Positions 11,204 through 23,876 are shown, counted from the whole stretch's first letter. The stretch: 63,859 bases of DNA, filler included, from Octopus bimaculoides (GCF_001194135.2; 5 parts of 5 records of this genome joined end to end with filler, not necessarily neighbours in it), one strand, 5' to 3'. Numbers and translations are program-made. The notes: generated from the sequence alone by a model not told the origin.

Positions 11204-12700
11204 TCAGCTGCTAAGCACTCTCTGCACGCTCCATCTTGTTACATCGGAGTCGACTTTCCTGGTTAGGAACAACGTCCTGTCCACTCCCATGTGATGCATG
11301 GTATGCAGTCTCCTCAACTTCGAGTCACTCAGGCAGCATACTGCAGCCACAGCCTGCTCTACATCTTCTGGCACCTGCAACCAGGTTCGCTTTACCCTGG
11401 TTAGGACGTCTGCCCTGTTCTTCTCGGAAGGCACAAAAATCACACTCAGCTTCAGATCGAACTCTGCGGTTAGTTCACGCAGTATCCCCAATCGACACTT
11501 TACCAACATCTCCGTGGCTCCTTGGGTTTGCACCTTCTGCTCATTGGTGATGACTGCCGTCACCCAACCAAGCACATTGGCCGAATCGGTCCAAATTTCT
11601 ATGGTGCGCAGCCCCCACTTCAAGGCCAGGTTCACCCCCTTCAACACAGTATCCAACTCTGCCACATTGATATGGTTGCAGTCATCCGTCTTCCTGAGCC
11701 AGGCTGCATCTTCCACCGTGACGCTTCCCATTTCCAAGACAACCCCTGTTGTGATGCTACTGGCGTCACACCATATGATCCCGCTCTTTGATTTGGGAAC
11801 ATACCATCTGCCCCTCACTCGATCCTCTGCTCTCACTCTGAGCAAGACTTCCTGCATCATGTCGGTCGTCTTCTCCCCCACTCTATCATTCGACTTCGCT
11901 CCTTCGGCTCATCTCTTGATGAAGCTACATGCTGTCCGGAGTCATCCTGCAATTGGGTAGTGTCCCACCAGCTTCCCACACACCAAGAACAGTTCCCGTC
12001 TACTCATGCTGGTGCCCAGTTCGGGGATCTCGTTCCCTCGCCGAAACACCAACGCGCCAGCCTTGTCTCTCCATAGCTTGAGGCCCAGTGCAGTACCTTC
12101 CTCCATCGCCTCTGGTGGCTTGGCAATCAGTCCAAAACTCTTCAGGTGGCCAATGACCTCCATTGCTGGCATAACGGTTTCATCTACAAGGATGTCATCG
12201 ATGTACGAATTGGTGGCCCTTTTTACTCTGTCCACCTTTCCCAGGATGGCCTTGAGAATTGTTGCCATAATCTTTGACGCTGAATTTAGCCCGAAACCCA
12301 GCCTAGTCAGACAGTTTGTCCGGCCCCTATATCTGACAAGCTGATGCTTCCACAGTCTCTCAGCAACATGCAACTGCAGGTATGCCGACTTCAAATCAAC
12401 GATCGTGGAGGCCCCTGTCATCTACCTCCACTCTCGTAAGGTGTCCCTGCAGACATCTGTGGCCTCGCCGCCCGTATGACATGATACGTGGTCATTCAGC
12501 TCTTGGAAGTCAAGCACTGGCCTGAGCTTATGCTTTGTGGGCTTTACCACCGCCATCAGCGGCAGGACTCCACTCTCTACTTCTTCCTCCCAAGGAATCA
12601 ATATGCCCTCCTTAATCCACCGCTTCACCTCCCCCTCGAACTCGCTTCTGGCATCTCCTTTCAGAGTATACTGATAGCAGCCCACTTTATTTTTTAACGT
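11204..12700 (-). pseudogene. pol: Reverse transcriptase plus RNase H
   Basis: LRPVLDFQELN, VDLKSAYLQL, RLGFGLNSA, YIDDILV; RNase H WCDASS, HINVAEL, IWTDS. In-frame TAG at 12422-12424. Confidence 0.9.
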
Positions 12701-13047
12701 CGGGGGCTCTCCCTTCCAGTGCCACTCCACTGTCCACCTCTGGCCATCGAAGACAGCACGAAAGTCCTGGTCTTCAATGGTGTGCGCAGCATAGTTTTCT
12801 TCGCGGTTCTCACCAATGCACGGTCTTGCCATACATGGTTTCCCCACAACCTTGAATGCTGCACCGGCCTTGTTGACAGTGACACCTCCTAAACGGGTGA
12901 TTGCATCCAGCTCCATCACCATCACCACGTCAATCTCGTCCACCAGGTGGCCAACTACAATTGCTTGCTGTGTCATCTTTGTTTCCTGCACCAAAATCTG
13001 CACATCTGTAATACCTTCACAGTGTACCTCCCTTCCATCGACTGCCC

Positions 13048-13907
13048 TCACACTGCTTNNNNNNNNNNCAAAATCTGCACATCTGTAATACCTTCACAGT
13101 GTACCTCCCTTCCATCGACTGCCCTCACACTGCTTTCTCCACTCCACGTCTCTACCACTCCTGGAGTCATCAGGGTCGTCGTACAGCCCGTGTACATAAG
13201 GGCTCGTGACATCTTCCCCTCCACCAGAATGTCGACAACAGGTAACAACAAACGCGCCTCTATTGATCCAAAGGGATAACTACTGGCGCAGTTGTCTCCC
13301 TTAGACCGTTTCCCTGCAGACATTCGCTGGCTATATGTCCTGTTTCTTGACACCAGTAGCAAATGACCTCAGGCTTGGGTGACCTGCAGTCGCGGACCCT
13401 GACACCAGAAACACTGTCCTTTGAATGGTCGCACACATTCCTTGTTTGACCCCCTCTCCACTACTCCTTGCTCGGCAACTTTTCGTTGTTGCAGTCGCTG
13501 CTACCGGCGGCGTCCTGCAATATGAAACTAGCACGCGAGCCCGAGTTATAATATCTGGCATCGCCATTGAGTTGACATTCGGCAGCTTATGCAACTCGAC
13601 CGACATGTGGTCAGGAAAGCCAGTCACAAACGCTAACTTAACCGTCCGGTCCAGCGATTCTCCTTCATACCCCGCCAGTTTAGCCAATCTCCTAAGTTCG
13701 TTGGCAAATATGTCGACCTGTTCGCCAGTCCACTTTACTTTCCCCAGGCGAGCGTACGCTTTGAACATTCCTTCTGCAAAGGCCTCCATCAAGCGGATTT
13801 ATATTTTTTCCACGCTAAGTTGGTCCCTTTTCTTCCATTTCTAAGTATAGCGCCAACGCCGAACCATCTAGGTACAGCGGTAGAAAACTCGCTAAGTCAT
13901 CTATCCC
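13048..13907 (-). pseudogene. gag: Gag and aspartic protease
   Basis: PLYLDGSALALYLEM, KWTGEQVDIFANELRRLA, CCHC knuckle, LPVVDILVEGKMSRALMYTGC (catalytic Asp lost). Confidence 0.8.
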
Positions 13908-15140
13908 NNNNNNNNNNNNNNNNNNNNNNNNNNNNNNNNNNNNNNNNNNNNNNNNNNNNNNNNNNNNNNNNNNNNNNNNNNNNNNNNNNNNNNNNNNNNN
14001 NNNNNNNNNNNNNNNNNNNNNNNNNNNNNNNNNNNNNNNNNNNNNNNNNNNNNNNNNNNNNNNNNNNNNNNNNNNNNNNNNNNNNNNNNNNNNNNNNNNN
14101 NNNNNNNNNNNNNNNNNNNNNNNNNNNNNNNNNNNNNNNNNNNNNNNNNNNNNNNNNNNNNNNNNNNNNNNNNNNNNNNNNNNNNNNNNNNNNNNNNNNN
14201 NNNNNNNNNNNNNNNNNNNNNNNNNNNNNNNNNNNNNNNNNNNNNNNNNNNNNNNNNNNNNNNNNNNNNNNNNNNNNNNNNNNNNNNNNNNNNNNNNNNN
14301 NNNNNNNNNNNNNNNNNNNNNNNNNNNNNNNNNNNNNNNNNNNNNNNNNNNNNNNNNNNNNNNNNNNNNNNNNNNNNNNNNNNNNNNNNNNNNNNNNNNN
14401 NNNNNNNNNNNNNNNNNNNNNNNNNNNNNNNNNNNNNNNNNNNNNNNNNNNNNNNNNNNNNNNNNNNNNNNNNNNNNNNNNNNNNNNNNNNNNNNNNNNN
14501 NNNNNNNNNNNNNNNNNNNNNNNNNNNNNNNNNNNNNNNNNNNNNNNNNNNNNNNNNNNNNNNNNNNNNNNNNNNNNNNNNNNNNNNNNNNNNNNNNNNN
14601 NNNNNNNNNNNNNNNNNNNNNNNNNNNNNNNNNNNNNNNNNNNNNNNNNNNNNNNNNNNNNNNNNNNNNNNNNNNNNNNNNNNNNNNNNNNNNNNNNNNN
14701 NNNNNNNNNNCACATTTCAATCTCGATATTTTTGTCGCTTTGAAACCGAGACTTGTTCACTGACAAAACAGATGCAGCACAAGTTTTTGTCAGGATTTTG
14801 CCATGGTTTCAAAGAACAAAAATATTTAGACACAAACGAAATTTAAATTTTGCAGTGACAGTAACAGCTTTTGTTGTTCTGGAATTGCTAACAAACATCT
14901 TACATGCTTCAAATTCTCTTAAATATTCAACCTTACCCTGCCCCTATTTACAAAACTTTCCTCTATTTTCCTTTTTTTTTTTTGATTCTTTATATAGACA
15001 GTTCATATTATTAAAATAAATTCTCTTTAACATGTGTAGCGTGCTTCTCTCTCTCTCTGTTATATATACATGACTGCGGACGTAGCGGATAACAGCTAGT
15101 CTTCAGCTGCATCTTTGGACCCTATTGTGTCCACCACTCT

Positions 15141-15240
15141 GATTGGTTGGTATTGGCATATTTTTGTCTCTTGTTCCATCTCGCGCCAGGGTGCAACCCA
15201 ACCAATCGCCGCCCAGTTGAGCCGATTGTATGGTATAAAA
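15141..15240 (+). promoter_or_regulatory. Pol II promoter-like module upstream of LINE ORF1
   Basis: Reverse CCAAT (gattggttgg, 15141-15150), forward CCAAT (ccaaccaatc, 15198-15207), TATAAAA at 15234-15240. Confidence 0.4.
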
Positions 15241-15528
15241 TCTAGCTTTCCATCCCGGCTCTAGACTTTTCTTGAGTTTGATCCTTGATTGCTTTCTCCG
15301 TAAGGTCAGTTGTTGTGTTAAATATTGCTGTTATTGTTATATTTGTGCTTGTTGGTTTCCTGTAAGGGAAACGTTGTTGAAATTTTTGTACAAAGTACAT
15401 ATAATGTGAACTGTGATCCTCCCCCTTAGGAGGAAGGAATTTTTTGTGAACTGTTAAACTGTTTTTCCATTTTGGAAAATTGTTATTTTTGTGCTCCGTT
15501 ATACGGAATTGTTTAAAAAATTGTGAAA

Positions 15529-16418
15529 ATGGCTTCTATGGAAGAAAGGTCAACACTGAATTTCGCGGCGGCCGTGAACAAATTTATTTAAAAGTTGAAG
15601 AGATTCAAACTTTTTTTGGTATGATCTCTGAAAAGGACGGTGAGTCAAAGATTATGCTACCAAGTGAACTACAAAATAAGATAAAAGAAAAAACAATAGT
15701 ATACAAAACCTACTAAATGGAATCCAAGAGGTTTGAACACTTAGAGGAAAGCTCTATAGAGAAGTGTCTTGGTGCTACTATGCGTGAAATTAAATATTTA
15801 ACGAGTGGCACAAAATTTGCCACGATAGAAGCAAGGTTTGAGTTGATAGAGCAGGCGAAGGATTATTTGACTCGAACCTTGCAAAGTGGCAAAATTCTTC
15901 TACTACATTTATATCTGGGACGTAGGACGTCCTGGATAAAGATTAAAAATATCCCCCCAGAGGTAGAGGTAGGCTGGATCGTGGCCACCCTGCTTTTTAA
16001 AAGGGAAGATAAAATTAAAATCATACAGATTACAAGAGACGGACCTCAAAATTGGCGGGGCCAGACCCTCGAGATCCTGGCCCAAGCCATGACTGATGAG
16101 TTAGAACTGCCCGAAACGATAGTTATGGAGGACGTGAGCATTCCTCTACATGTGGAAGGCAGAAGGCCACACTGTTTTAAGTGCGGTAAGAAAGGCCACA
16201 TAAAAGAAAAGTGTCCGGACAACAAAAAAGTAGACCAATTTCTACCTCTACCCCACTCCAAGGAAGATGATCCACCAGGAGGAAACATCGGCAACCAAGA
16301 AACTAAAGGAAAAACTAAAATTAAAAGAGGTTGCACCTGCGGCCCCTGCAGGAACCAAAGAAGGTGCTCTCCCGGCCACGGAGGCCGTAACCAAGAATGC
16401 ACTCACCAAAGAGGGTGA
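15529..16418 (+). pseudogene. LINE ORF1 (zinc-knuckle protein)
   Basis: ATG at 15529, frameshift and stop before 15717, CCHC motif near 16170-16215. Confidence 0.75.
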
Positions 16419-17110
16419 ACTCCCAGCCAAGGAGGCCGTTACCAGTTCATCCATTCAAGAGGTGGCACTCTCAGGAATGACCATCTCTTATGAATTCATC
16501 ACAGACAGTGAGGANNNNNNNNNNNNNNNNNNNNNNNNNNNNNNNNNNNNNNNNNNNNNNNNNNNNNNNNNNNNNNNNNNNNNNNNNNNNNNNNNNNNNN
16601 NNNNNNNNNNNNNNNNNNNNNNNNNNNNNNNNNNNNNNNNNNNNNNNNNNNNNNNNNNNNNNNNNNNNNNNNNNNNNNNNNNNNNNNNNNNNNNNNNNNN
16701 NNNNNNNNNNNNNNNNNNNNNNNNNNNNNNNNNNNNNNNNNNNNNNNNNNNNNNNNNNNNNNNNNNNNNNNNNNNNNNNNNNNNNNNNNNNNNNNNNNNN
16801 NNNNNNNNNNNNNNNNNNNNNNNNNNNNNNNNNNNNNNNNNNNNNNNNNNNNNNNNNNNNNNNNNNNNNNNNNNNNNNNNNNNNNNNNNNNNNNNNNNNN
16901 NNNNNNNNNNNNNNNNNNNNNNNNNNNNNNNNNNNNNNNNNNNNNNNNNNNNNNNNNNNNNNNNNNNNNNNNNNNNNNNNATTCGACCTGCCGGTTGAAC
17001 CCTTTCTGGATGAAAAGGATGAAGGTAGGGAAATGGTTTCAAATGTTTTGAGAAACATTCCCCTAGAAAGATAAAATGGTAAGTGGCTTTCTTTTCTTCT
17101 ATGACTTAGA

Positions 17111-18962
17111 ATGGCCGTGTTAAGCATTGCATGCTTGAATGTGCGTGACCTGGGCTTGAAGTGGAAGCAGGTGTGCCTCCTTGATGACCTCAGGTCACAT
17201 GGTATAGATGTGATGGTTATTACAGAGACCAGGCTGGGCAAACTGCAGGCCTTCTCAGCCCTCCTGAACGACTACGAGAAAATAATTTCTCCTAGCCAGG
17301 AGGGAGAGAGTAGAGGGGTGGCTGTCTTGATCTGAAAAAGCCTGATCATGCAGACACTTACAATCTTCGTAGACCCAGATGGCGAGTTGGTCGTTCTAGA
17401 TCTGACATACAGTGGTAAGGCCTTCAGGCTGGTGGGCATCTACGCAGCTGGTAATGCAGGCAAACGGGTTGACTTCTCTCAACGCCTGGAGAATTTCCTG
17501 GTGACATCAAGGACAGTAGTTGTACTAGGTGACTTTAATGCTATATTGGATGCATGCTTGAATAGCATGGGCTTGAAGGATAGAAAGAGGAACTCATGCC
17601 TCATCGATCTGCTGAAGCTGGCAGATCGATATAGACTTGATCATCCGAACGTTCCAATGTGGACTTGGGCTAGAAACGACAGATCGTTCAGGTCTTATAT
17701 AGACAGGATAGTTGTAAGTACTAGAGACAGGCATAGCTTTAGTTGTCCACAGTTTACCTACGTACCCTACACAGATCACAAATTAGTGATGTGTAGGGTG
17801 CATATAGATAAGATGCATAGGCAGGGATCTGGCTACTGGAAACTTTATTGAATTACGAGGCTTACTGTAGCCAGATTAAGGTGTTGGGGAAGAGGGCACT
17901 TACCGGCGCTGTGATCAACAACTAGTGGTGGAGTGCCCTCAAAAGAGCCCTTCAAATTGAGTCAATTAGATTTAGCAAACAGTTAAGTCTAGAACAGACT
18001 AGAATAGAAAGGGAATTAGGTAAGGCATTACAAGAGGCACTGAGATCGGGCTCTGTGTCACAAGTGTTGGCAGTGAGATCGGCACTGGACTGACACCTCA
18101 ATGCCAAACGCGAAGATGCAGAGTCCAGGTTAGGACACATGCAATGGGCCGTGAAGGTATCAATGTTGCTAGATGGGCTCGCTCGGAAGAAACCCGACAT
18201 GGCATCAATGCTATGATTGGGACTTTGGCAGATGAGTTCGGACAAGAGATCCAAGGACAAGAGGAGATATGCAAGGCCTTTCACAAGCACTTTGCTGCAT
18301 TGTTCGGGAGGGACGGGATGTTGGACGATGGGAATGCCTTACGGGGTTTTCTGGCCGGCAGCCCGCGTCTTTCGGCTCGTGATGCTGAGCGCTGTGAAGG
18401 ACTAATCACATCCAAGGAGATCAGAGAGGTACTGTCCGAGTGCCCCGGGGACAAGTCGCCGGGTCTGGATGGTCTTCCTTATGAATTTTATAGTAACATG
18501 CCAGACATGTTCAGGGATGTACTGGTCAGTGTGTACACGAATTGGCAGCAGAATGGAAGGATTCCCAAGGCTGTGAACTGACGAGTGGTGACACTGATCA
18601 GGAAGGACCCGAGCAAGGGGGACAAAGTTAATAATTTTAGGCCCATAACTCTGCTAAACACAGAGTTAAAGATTTTGGCCAAGGTGCTTGCAAAGAGAGT
18701 TAGGGTTGTCGTGGGCGACCTGGTGGGGAAAGCACAGACATGTGCCTAGGAAGGACGATACAGGACAACCTTCACCTCATTCGTTACACCATAGAGCGGG
18801 TGGGTAAAATGCATGGAAACGGGGATGGGCACTGGTGAATTTAGACCACTCGAAGGCATTCGATAAGGTTGACCACAGATACTTGGCGGCGGTCCTCCAG
18901 GCGGTGGTCCTCCAGGTGGCCGGATTTGGCCCGACCTCCTGAGGCTGGATTAAAGCCTCTAT
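17111..18962 (+). pseudogene. LINE ORF2 (AP endonuclease plus N-terminal RT)
   Basis: Consecutive ORF fragments 17111, 17348, 18144 with L1/Tx1 motifs; several stops and frameshifts. Confidence 0.9.
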
Positions 18963-19029
18963 GAAATTATTACTACAGTAAGTAACTTAAAATAAGGTTT
19001 GCATACATGCATTATCTAAACTTATTATA

Positions 19030-19884
19030 TAAATAATTCAACTTATGTCTACATTTAATTTTACGTTCATCTTGGGAATTTATTAATTTTTTTTTATCAG
19101 TTAATATCTCCTTAAACTCGTTAGTACATAAAAAACAAAACTTACTACCTATTCAATAAGATTTTGCCTTACAAACTATCTCCCATTTTAGATTGTACTT
19201 AATTCTTTTCGATTTAAGTTCCCATATGTATTTACTAAAGCCAGTGGAATTAATTAAATTTCTATTCTTAAAAGAATACATATGTTGAGCCACTCATGAT
19301 TTAATTTTAATAGAGTTTGAACCGATGTAAGTAGTGTTTAAATTATAATTATTCCTAATATTATCATCATTCAGAGCCACTACACATTTATATACTACAT
19401 CCTCCAAATTACATTTATTATTAAATTTGCATTTAGTCTTATCTCTACATGTGCAATTAGTTATATTCTGGTCTTTACTAATACTATTATTATTATTGGA
19501 AGTATTGCTTAATTTGTTATTGTAAAACTTATTCAATTTAAACTTATTAAAGGATGAGATAATGTTACCCACATTAGTAGTAGTAGAATAACCAACTCTT
19601 AAATTCTTACAATAGAAAATGTCCTTATATTTTTTATTGTCTTTAATGAATATTTCAATTACATTTAAAATTTCTTTAATAATGTTTGTTTTAACTTGGT
19701 CCCCATTAGGGATTATTAACCAAATTTTTTTCTTATTTCTATTATTAGATTTTTCATTATTATCATTAATTGAATAGTCTACACTTGTGTTTTCTAGCCT
19801 ATTATTCTTATTGTTGTTTACGTTTTTATTAACATTATCTTTATTATTAATACCATAGTTAACTAGGAAAACCTTATAGTTCAA
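19030..19884 (-). mobile_element. Penelope-like element, GIY-YIG endonuclease region
   Basis: CTCRDKTKCKFNNKCNLEDVVYKC...TYIGS, followed by STGFSKYIWELK...LKWEIVCKAKSY...CFLC; very AT-rich. Confidence 0.85.
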
Positions 19885-20197
19885 TTTATTATTATAAAAA
19901 ACATGAATTGTTTTTATTATATTTTTTTATATTATAGTTACTGGGTTTTTTTCTGCTATAATGTGGCCATGAAACGCGCGTAGTCAACACTTTACCTTCT
20001 ATTTTATCAATTTATTAAGTTAAATTTAATTTTTAACCTAGTATTTTATAGATTTTAATGGATTTTATACTTGTCTTTTAGATTTTATAAATTTTTAAAT
20101 TAGAATTTTGTAGAGTACGCTTTTCTGGATGGTGATTGGTCTCCTTCATTGTTTGAATTGTATATCGGTGGTTCTTCTCTAAATTATATTTATATAC

Positions 20198-23100
20198 TTT
20201 CTTTCTTGCCTTTAACCCTCCAACGCGGAGTATAGGCCACTTATAATTGAATTCCATGTCGCATAATTTTTCGCTTCTGTAATTTTTCGCTCTGCCATGA
20301 ATATCCCCCTTTCTCTAGTTCCTTTTGTGTTGATCTACGCCCCGAGTTCTTAGGCCTACCCCTCTTTCTATATCCATCCGGATTCCACTGTAAAGCACTT
20401 TTCACTATATTTGGCGTGTCCTTTCTAANNNNNNNNNNNNNNNNNNNNNNNNNNNNNNNNNNNNNNNNNNNNNNNNNNNNNNNNNNNNNNNNNNNNNNNN
20501 NNNNNNNNNNNNNNNNNNNNNNNNNNNNNNNNNNNNNNNNNNNNNNNNNNNNNNNNNNNNNNNNNNNNNNNNNNNNNNNNNNNNNNNNNNNNNNNNNNNN
20601 NNNNNNNNNNNNNNNNNNNNNNNNNNNNNNNNNNNNNNNNNNNNNNNNNNNNNNNNNNNNNNNNNNNNNNNNNNNNNNNNNNNNNNNNNNNNNNNNNNNN
20701 NNNNNNNNNNNNNNNNNNNNNNNNNNNNNNNNNNNNNNNNNNNNNNNNNNNNNNNNNNNNNNNNNNNNNNNNNNNNNNNNNNNNNNNNNNNNNNNNNNNN
20801 NNNNNNNNNNNNNNNNNNNNNNNNNNNNNNNNNNNNNNNNNNNNNNNNNNNNNNNNNNNNNNNNNNNNNNNNNNNNNNNNNNNNNNNNNNNNNNNNNNNN
20901 NNNNNNNNNNNNNNNNNNNNNNNNNNNNNNNNNNNNNNNNNNNNNNNNNNNNNNNNNNNNNNNNNNNNNNNNNNNNNNNNNNNNNNNNNNNNNNNNNNNN
21001 NNNNNNNNNNNNNNNNNNNNNNNNNNNNNNNNNNNNNNNNNNNNNNNNNNNNNNNNNNNNNNNNNNNNNNNNNNNNNNNNNNNNNNNNNNNNNNNNNNNN
21101 NNNNNNNNNNNNNNNNNNNNNNNNNNNNNNNNNNNNNNNNNNNNNNNNNNNNNNNNNNNNNNNNNNNNNNNNNNNNNNNNNNNNNNNNNNNNNNNNNNNN
21201 NNNNNNNNNNNNNNNNNNNNNNNNNNNNNNNNNNNNNNNNNNNNNNNNNNNNNNNNNNNNNNNNNNNNNNNNNNNNNNNNNNNNNNNNNNNNNNNNNNNN
21301 NNNNNNNNNNNNNNNNNNNNGTTGTCCTCATCCGCTCCAAAAGTATCCTGTTAAAAACTTTTCCGGGAGTCGATAATAACATAATCCCTCTATAATTTCC
21401 ACAAACACTTAAATCACCTTTTTTTTGGCAATTTTACGATGAGTCCCTCTTTCCAATCATTAGGCACATTTTCTTCCTGCCATATCTCAGAAAATAATGG
21501 ATGAAACATTTCTACCGCTATTTCTATAGCTGATTTCATTGCTTCAGCTGGAATATTGTCTACAATCTGAGGGATTGTATAGCCTTTCTTATTTCAAACT
21601 TGGACGGTGGGTCAAGGCTGATGTTAAGATCCAAATTTCTTGGCACAATGTTGGCTATTGTGTCTGGAGGTAGTCTATTGAACAAATCTTCAAAATGCTC
21701 CTTCTATCGATTTTTTTGTTCTAGAATTGATGTTAACGTCCGGCCATCCTTCCTTTTACTGCCTTTTCTACTCTTACTCTCTTCCCGGATAGTAATTTAG
21801 TTGTGTTGTACAGCTCTTTCATATTCTGGCGCTGGGCTGCACTTTCTGGTGTCGTTGCTAAATTTTCGAAATATTTTCGTTTGTCTCTTCTTAATTGTTT
21901 TTTATTTTTCTTATTTTGTTGGTTGTAATTTCCCTGACATCTATTTATCTCTACTTCTGAGCTTGCCGATAGTAATTTTTCCTTTATCTTCTTTCTTACT
22001 TCTATGGCTGTGATATCCACGCCTTATTCTCTTTGTTTACACACTCTACGCATTCTTCTAATAATGAAATAAAAGCATCCTTAATTTTCGACCAAGTATG
22101 TTCTATTGTGTTGCTTTGCATCCTTTTTACTTGCATTGATTTGCATGATAATGCTTTTCTGTATTTGGGTGTCTTTGTGTTTTAGTAAATCAACATTGTA
22201 TTTTTGTTGAACCTTACATTCCTCTTTTAAAGCCCTTAACTTCAGTTGTAGTTTGCCAAATAGTAGGTGGTGGTCGGAGGCTGCGTTAGCCCCTCTTTTT
22301 ACCCTAACGTCTAATAGTGATCTCCTGAACTTGCAGCTTACACAGATGTGATCAATCTGATTTTGCGTTTTCAGATCTGGCAATATCCATGTAGCTTTGT
22401 GAAGGTCTTTGTGCGGAAATAAGGTTCTTCCAATGACCAACTCATTTGCGCAAAAATTGGCAAATAACTGGCCATTTGCATTCATGCTTCCTATACCATG
22501 TTTTCCCATAATGGCTTCATATCCTAAATTAATGTTACCGACTTTTGCGTTGAAATCACCCATAACCATTATCAACTCTTTCTTAGTCCGTTTTTCAATT
22601 ACGCTCTGCAGAGTATCATAAAATTCAACTTTTGCTAATTCTTCAACATCATTTGTTGGGGCATAGCACATAACGATTGTTAGGAAAATCCACTTATGAG
22701 ACGTTCTAGACTTTGCTAGTATCAATCTTTCATTTATGGGTTGCCATTCTATTAATGCTTTAACCGCTTTCTTAGTCAGCATCAGAGCTACTCCCCTTGT
22801 GTGACGTGCCTTATCATCTTTGTGCCCTGAGTATATAATTGTTTTTCCTGAAACTAGCTTAGTTTGTCCATTATCAATCCACCTAGTTTCACACAAACCC
22901 AAAATTCCGAATTTGTAATTGTCCATTTCTTTGCTAATATTTCTCTCAAAGCCCAACCCCTCGTCCTCGTCGTGAGAGATGGAAACAGGTAAAGCTGGCC
23001 AATGGTGAAGTTGCATGGGCTAATCACCCGTGCAATGGATTTTCAAATTGATTACGAAAACACTGATAGTTGACAAGTCTTGTCGTATTAATTTACCAAC

Positions 23101-23224
23101 CGAAGGTTTCCAGAGTCAAAGGTGTTTTATGACGCCGAATAGTCAGAGCCCTCGGGAAGCTAGTTGGCCGATGCTGCTTTCGACAAAGGATTCCACGAGG
23201 TTTAGTGCGTGGAATGTTCAAACA
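20198..23224 (-). mobile_element. RTE-clade LINE with inverted 5' segment, flanked by a 12-bp TSD
   Basis: APE ORF 22081-~22955 (GLCETRW, YAPT, MGDFNAKVG, NQIDHI, SDHHL), RT fragments, 3' end at 20198. TSD atatttatatac at 20186-20197 and 23225-23236. 5' UTR and N-terminus lie on + at ~22955-23224. Confidence 0.92.
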
Positions 23225-23395
23225 ATATTTATATACATATATTATTTATTATAAAATTCAATTTGGTATTACTAAATTGAATATTCCTGTATGTTTGGAA
23301 TTTTACATTCCCTAATATTATAATATGTGTGTGTGTGTGTGACCGCATGTGCATCATTTTCTTTCTCTGTCTTCCCTTCTTTGGACTTTTCCTAT

Positions 23396-23430
23396 ATTTC
23401 TGATGAAGAGCTCTGCTCAAAACATGAAAT
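23396..23430 (+). ncRNA. Minimal hammerhead-ribozyme-like motif (decayed)
   Basis: attt-CTGATGA-a-GAGC-tct-GCTC-aAAAC-atg-aaat; G12 is mutated. Confidence 0.5.
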
Positions 23431-23876
23431 CTTCTTTCTTTTCTTTGCTTTCCTGAGCATGCAATAACACTGTACTTATTCCATGTTCTCGCGTTGTTTT
23501 TTCGTGTTTTTTCTTGCTTGTTCATGTGTGAATTGACTATATATGTATGTATGTATGTATATATATATATATATATANNNNNNNNNNNNNNNNNNNNNNN
23601 NNNNNNNNNNNNNNNNNNNNNNNNNNNNNNNNNNNNNNNNNNNNNNNNNNNNNNNNNNNNNNNNNNNNNNNNNNNNNNNNNNNNNNNNNNNNNNNNNNNN
23701 NNNNNNNNNNNNNNNNNNNNNNNNNNNNNNNNNNNNNNNNNNNNNNNNNNNNNNNNNNNNNNNNNNNNNNNNNNNNNNNNNNNNNNNNNNNNNNNNNNNN
23801 NNNNNNNNNNNNNNNNNNNNNNNNNNNNNNNNNNNNNNNNNNNNNNNNNNNNNNNNNNNNNNNNNNNNNNNNNNNN

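Larger units (their letters stand above)
10028..13907 (-). mobile_element. Decayed LTR retrotransposon (Ty3/Gypsy domain order gag-PR-RT-RH-INT)
   Basis: Gag with CCHC knuckle CYWCQETGHIASEC (13320-13361), PR remnant ALMYTGC, RT with YIDD, RNase H WCDAS/TDS, INT with LLDNGTAF and GNGVVERHHR. The 5' end is in the gap. Confidence 0.95.
15529..18962 (+). mobile_element. Tx1/L1-clade LINE, 3'-truncated, decayed
   Basis: ORF1 with CFKCGKKGHIKEKC knuckle; ORF2 APE (LNVRD, ITETR, LGDFN, YIDRI, TDHKLV, YWKL) and RT (SPGLDGLPYEFY, FRPITLLN, KAFDKVDH), ending before the YADD motif. Confidence 0.92.

Noticed and set aside
13000-13135. Tandem duplication in the protease region around a 10-N gap
   Set aside because: Identical sequence on both sides of a minimal gap indicates an unmerged contig overlap.
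13815-14766. Long ORFs here and at other gaps (20405, 33212, 35966, 38201, 50505, 62262 etc.)
   Set aside because: Made mostly of X residues from N gaps.
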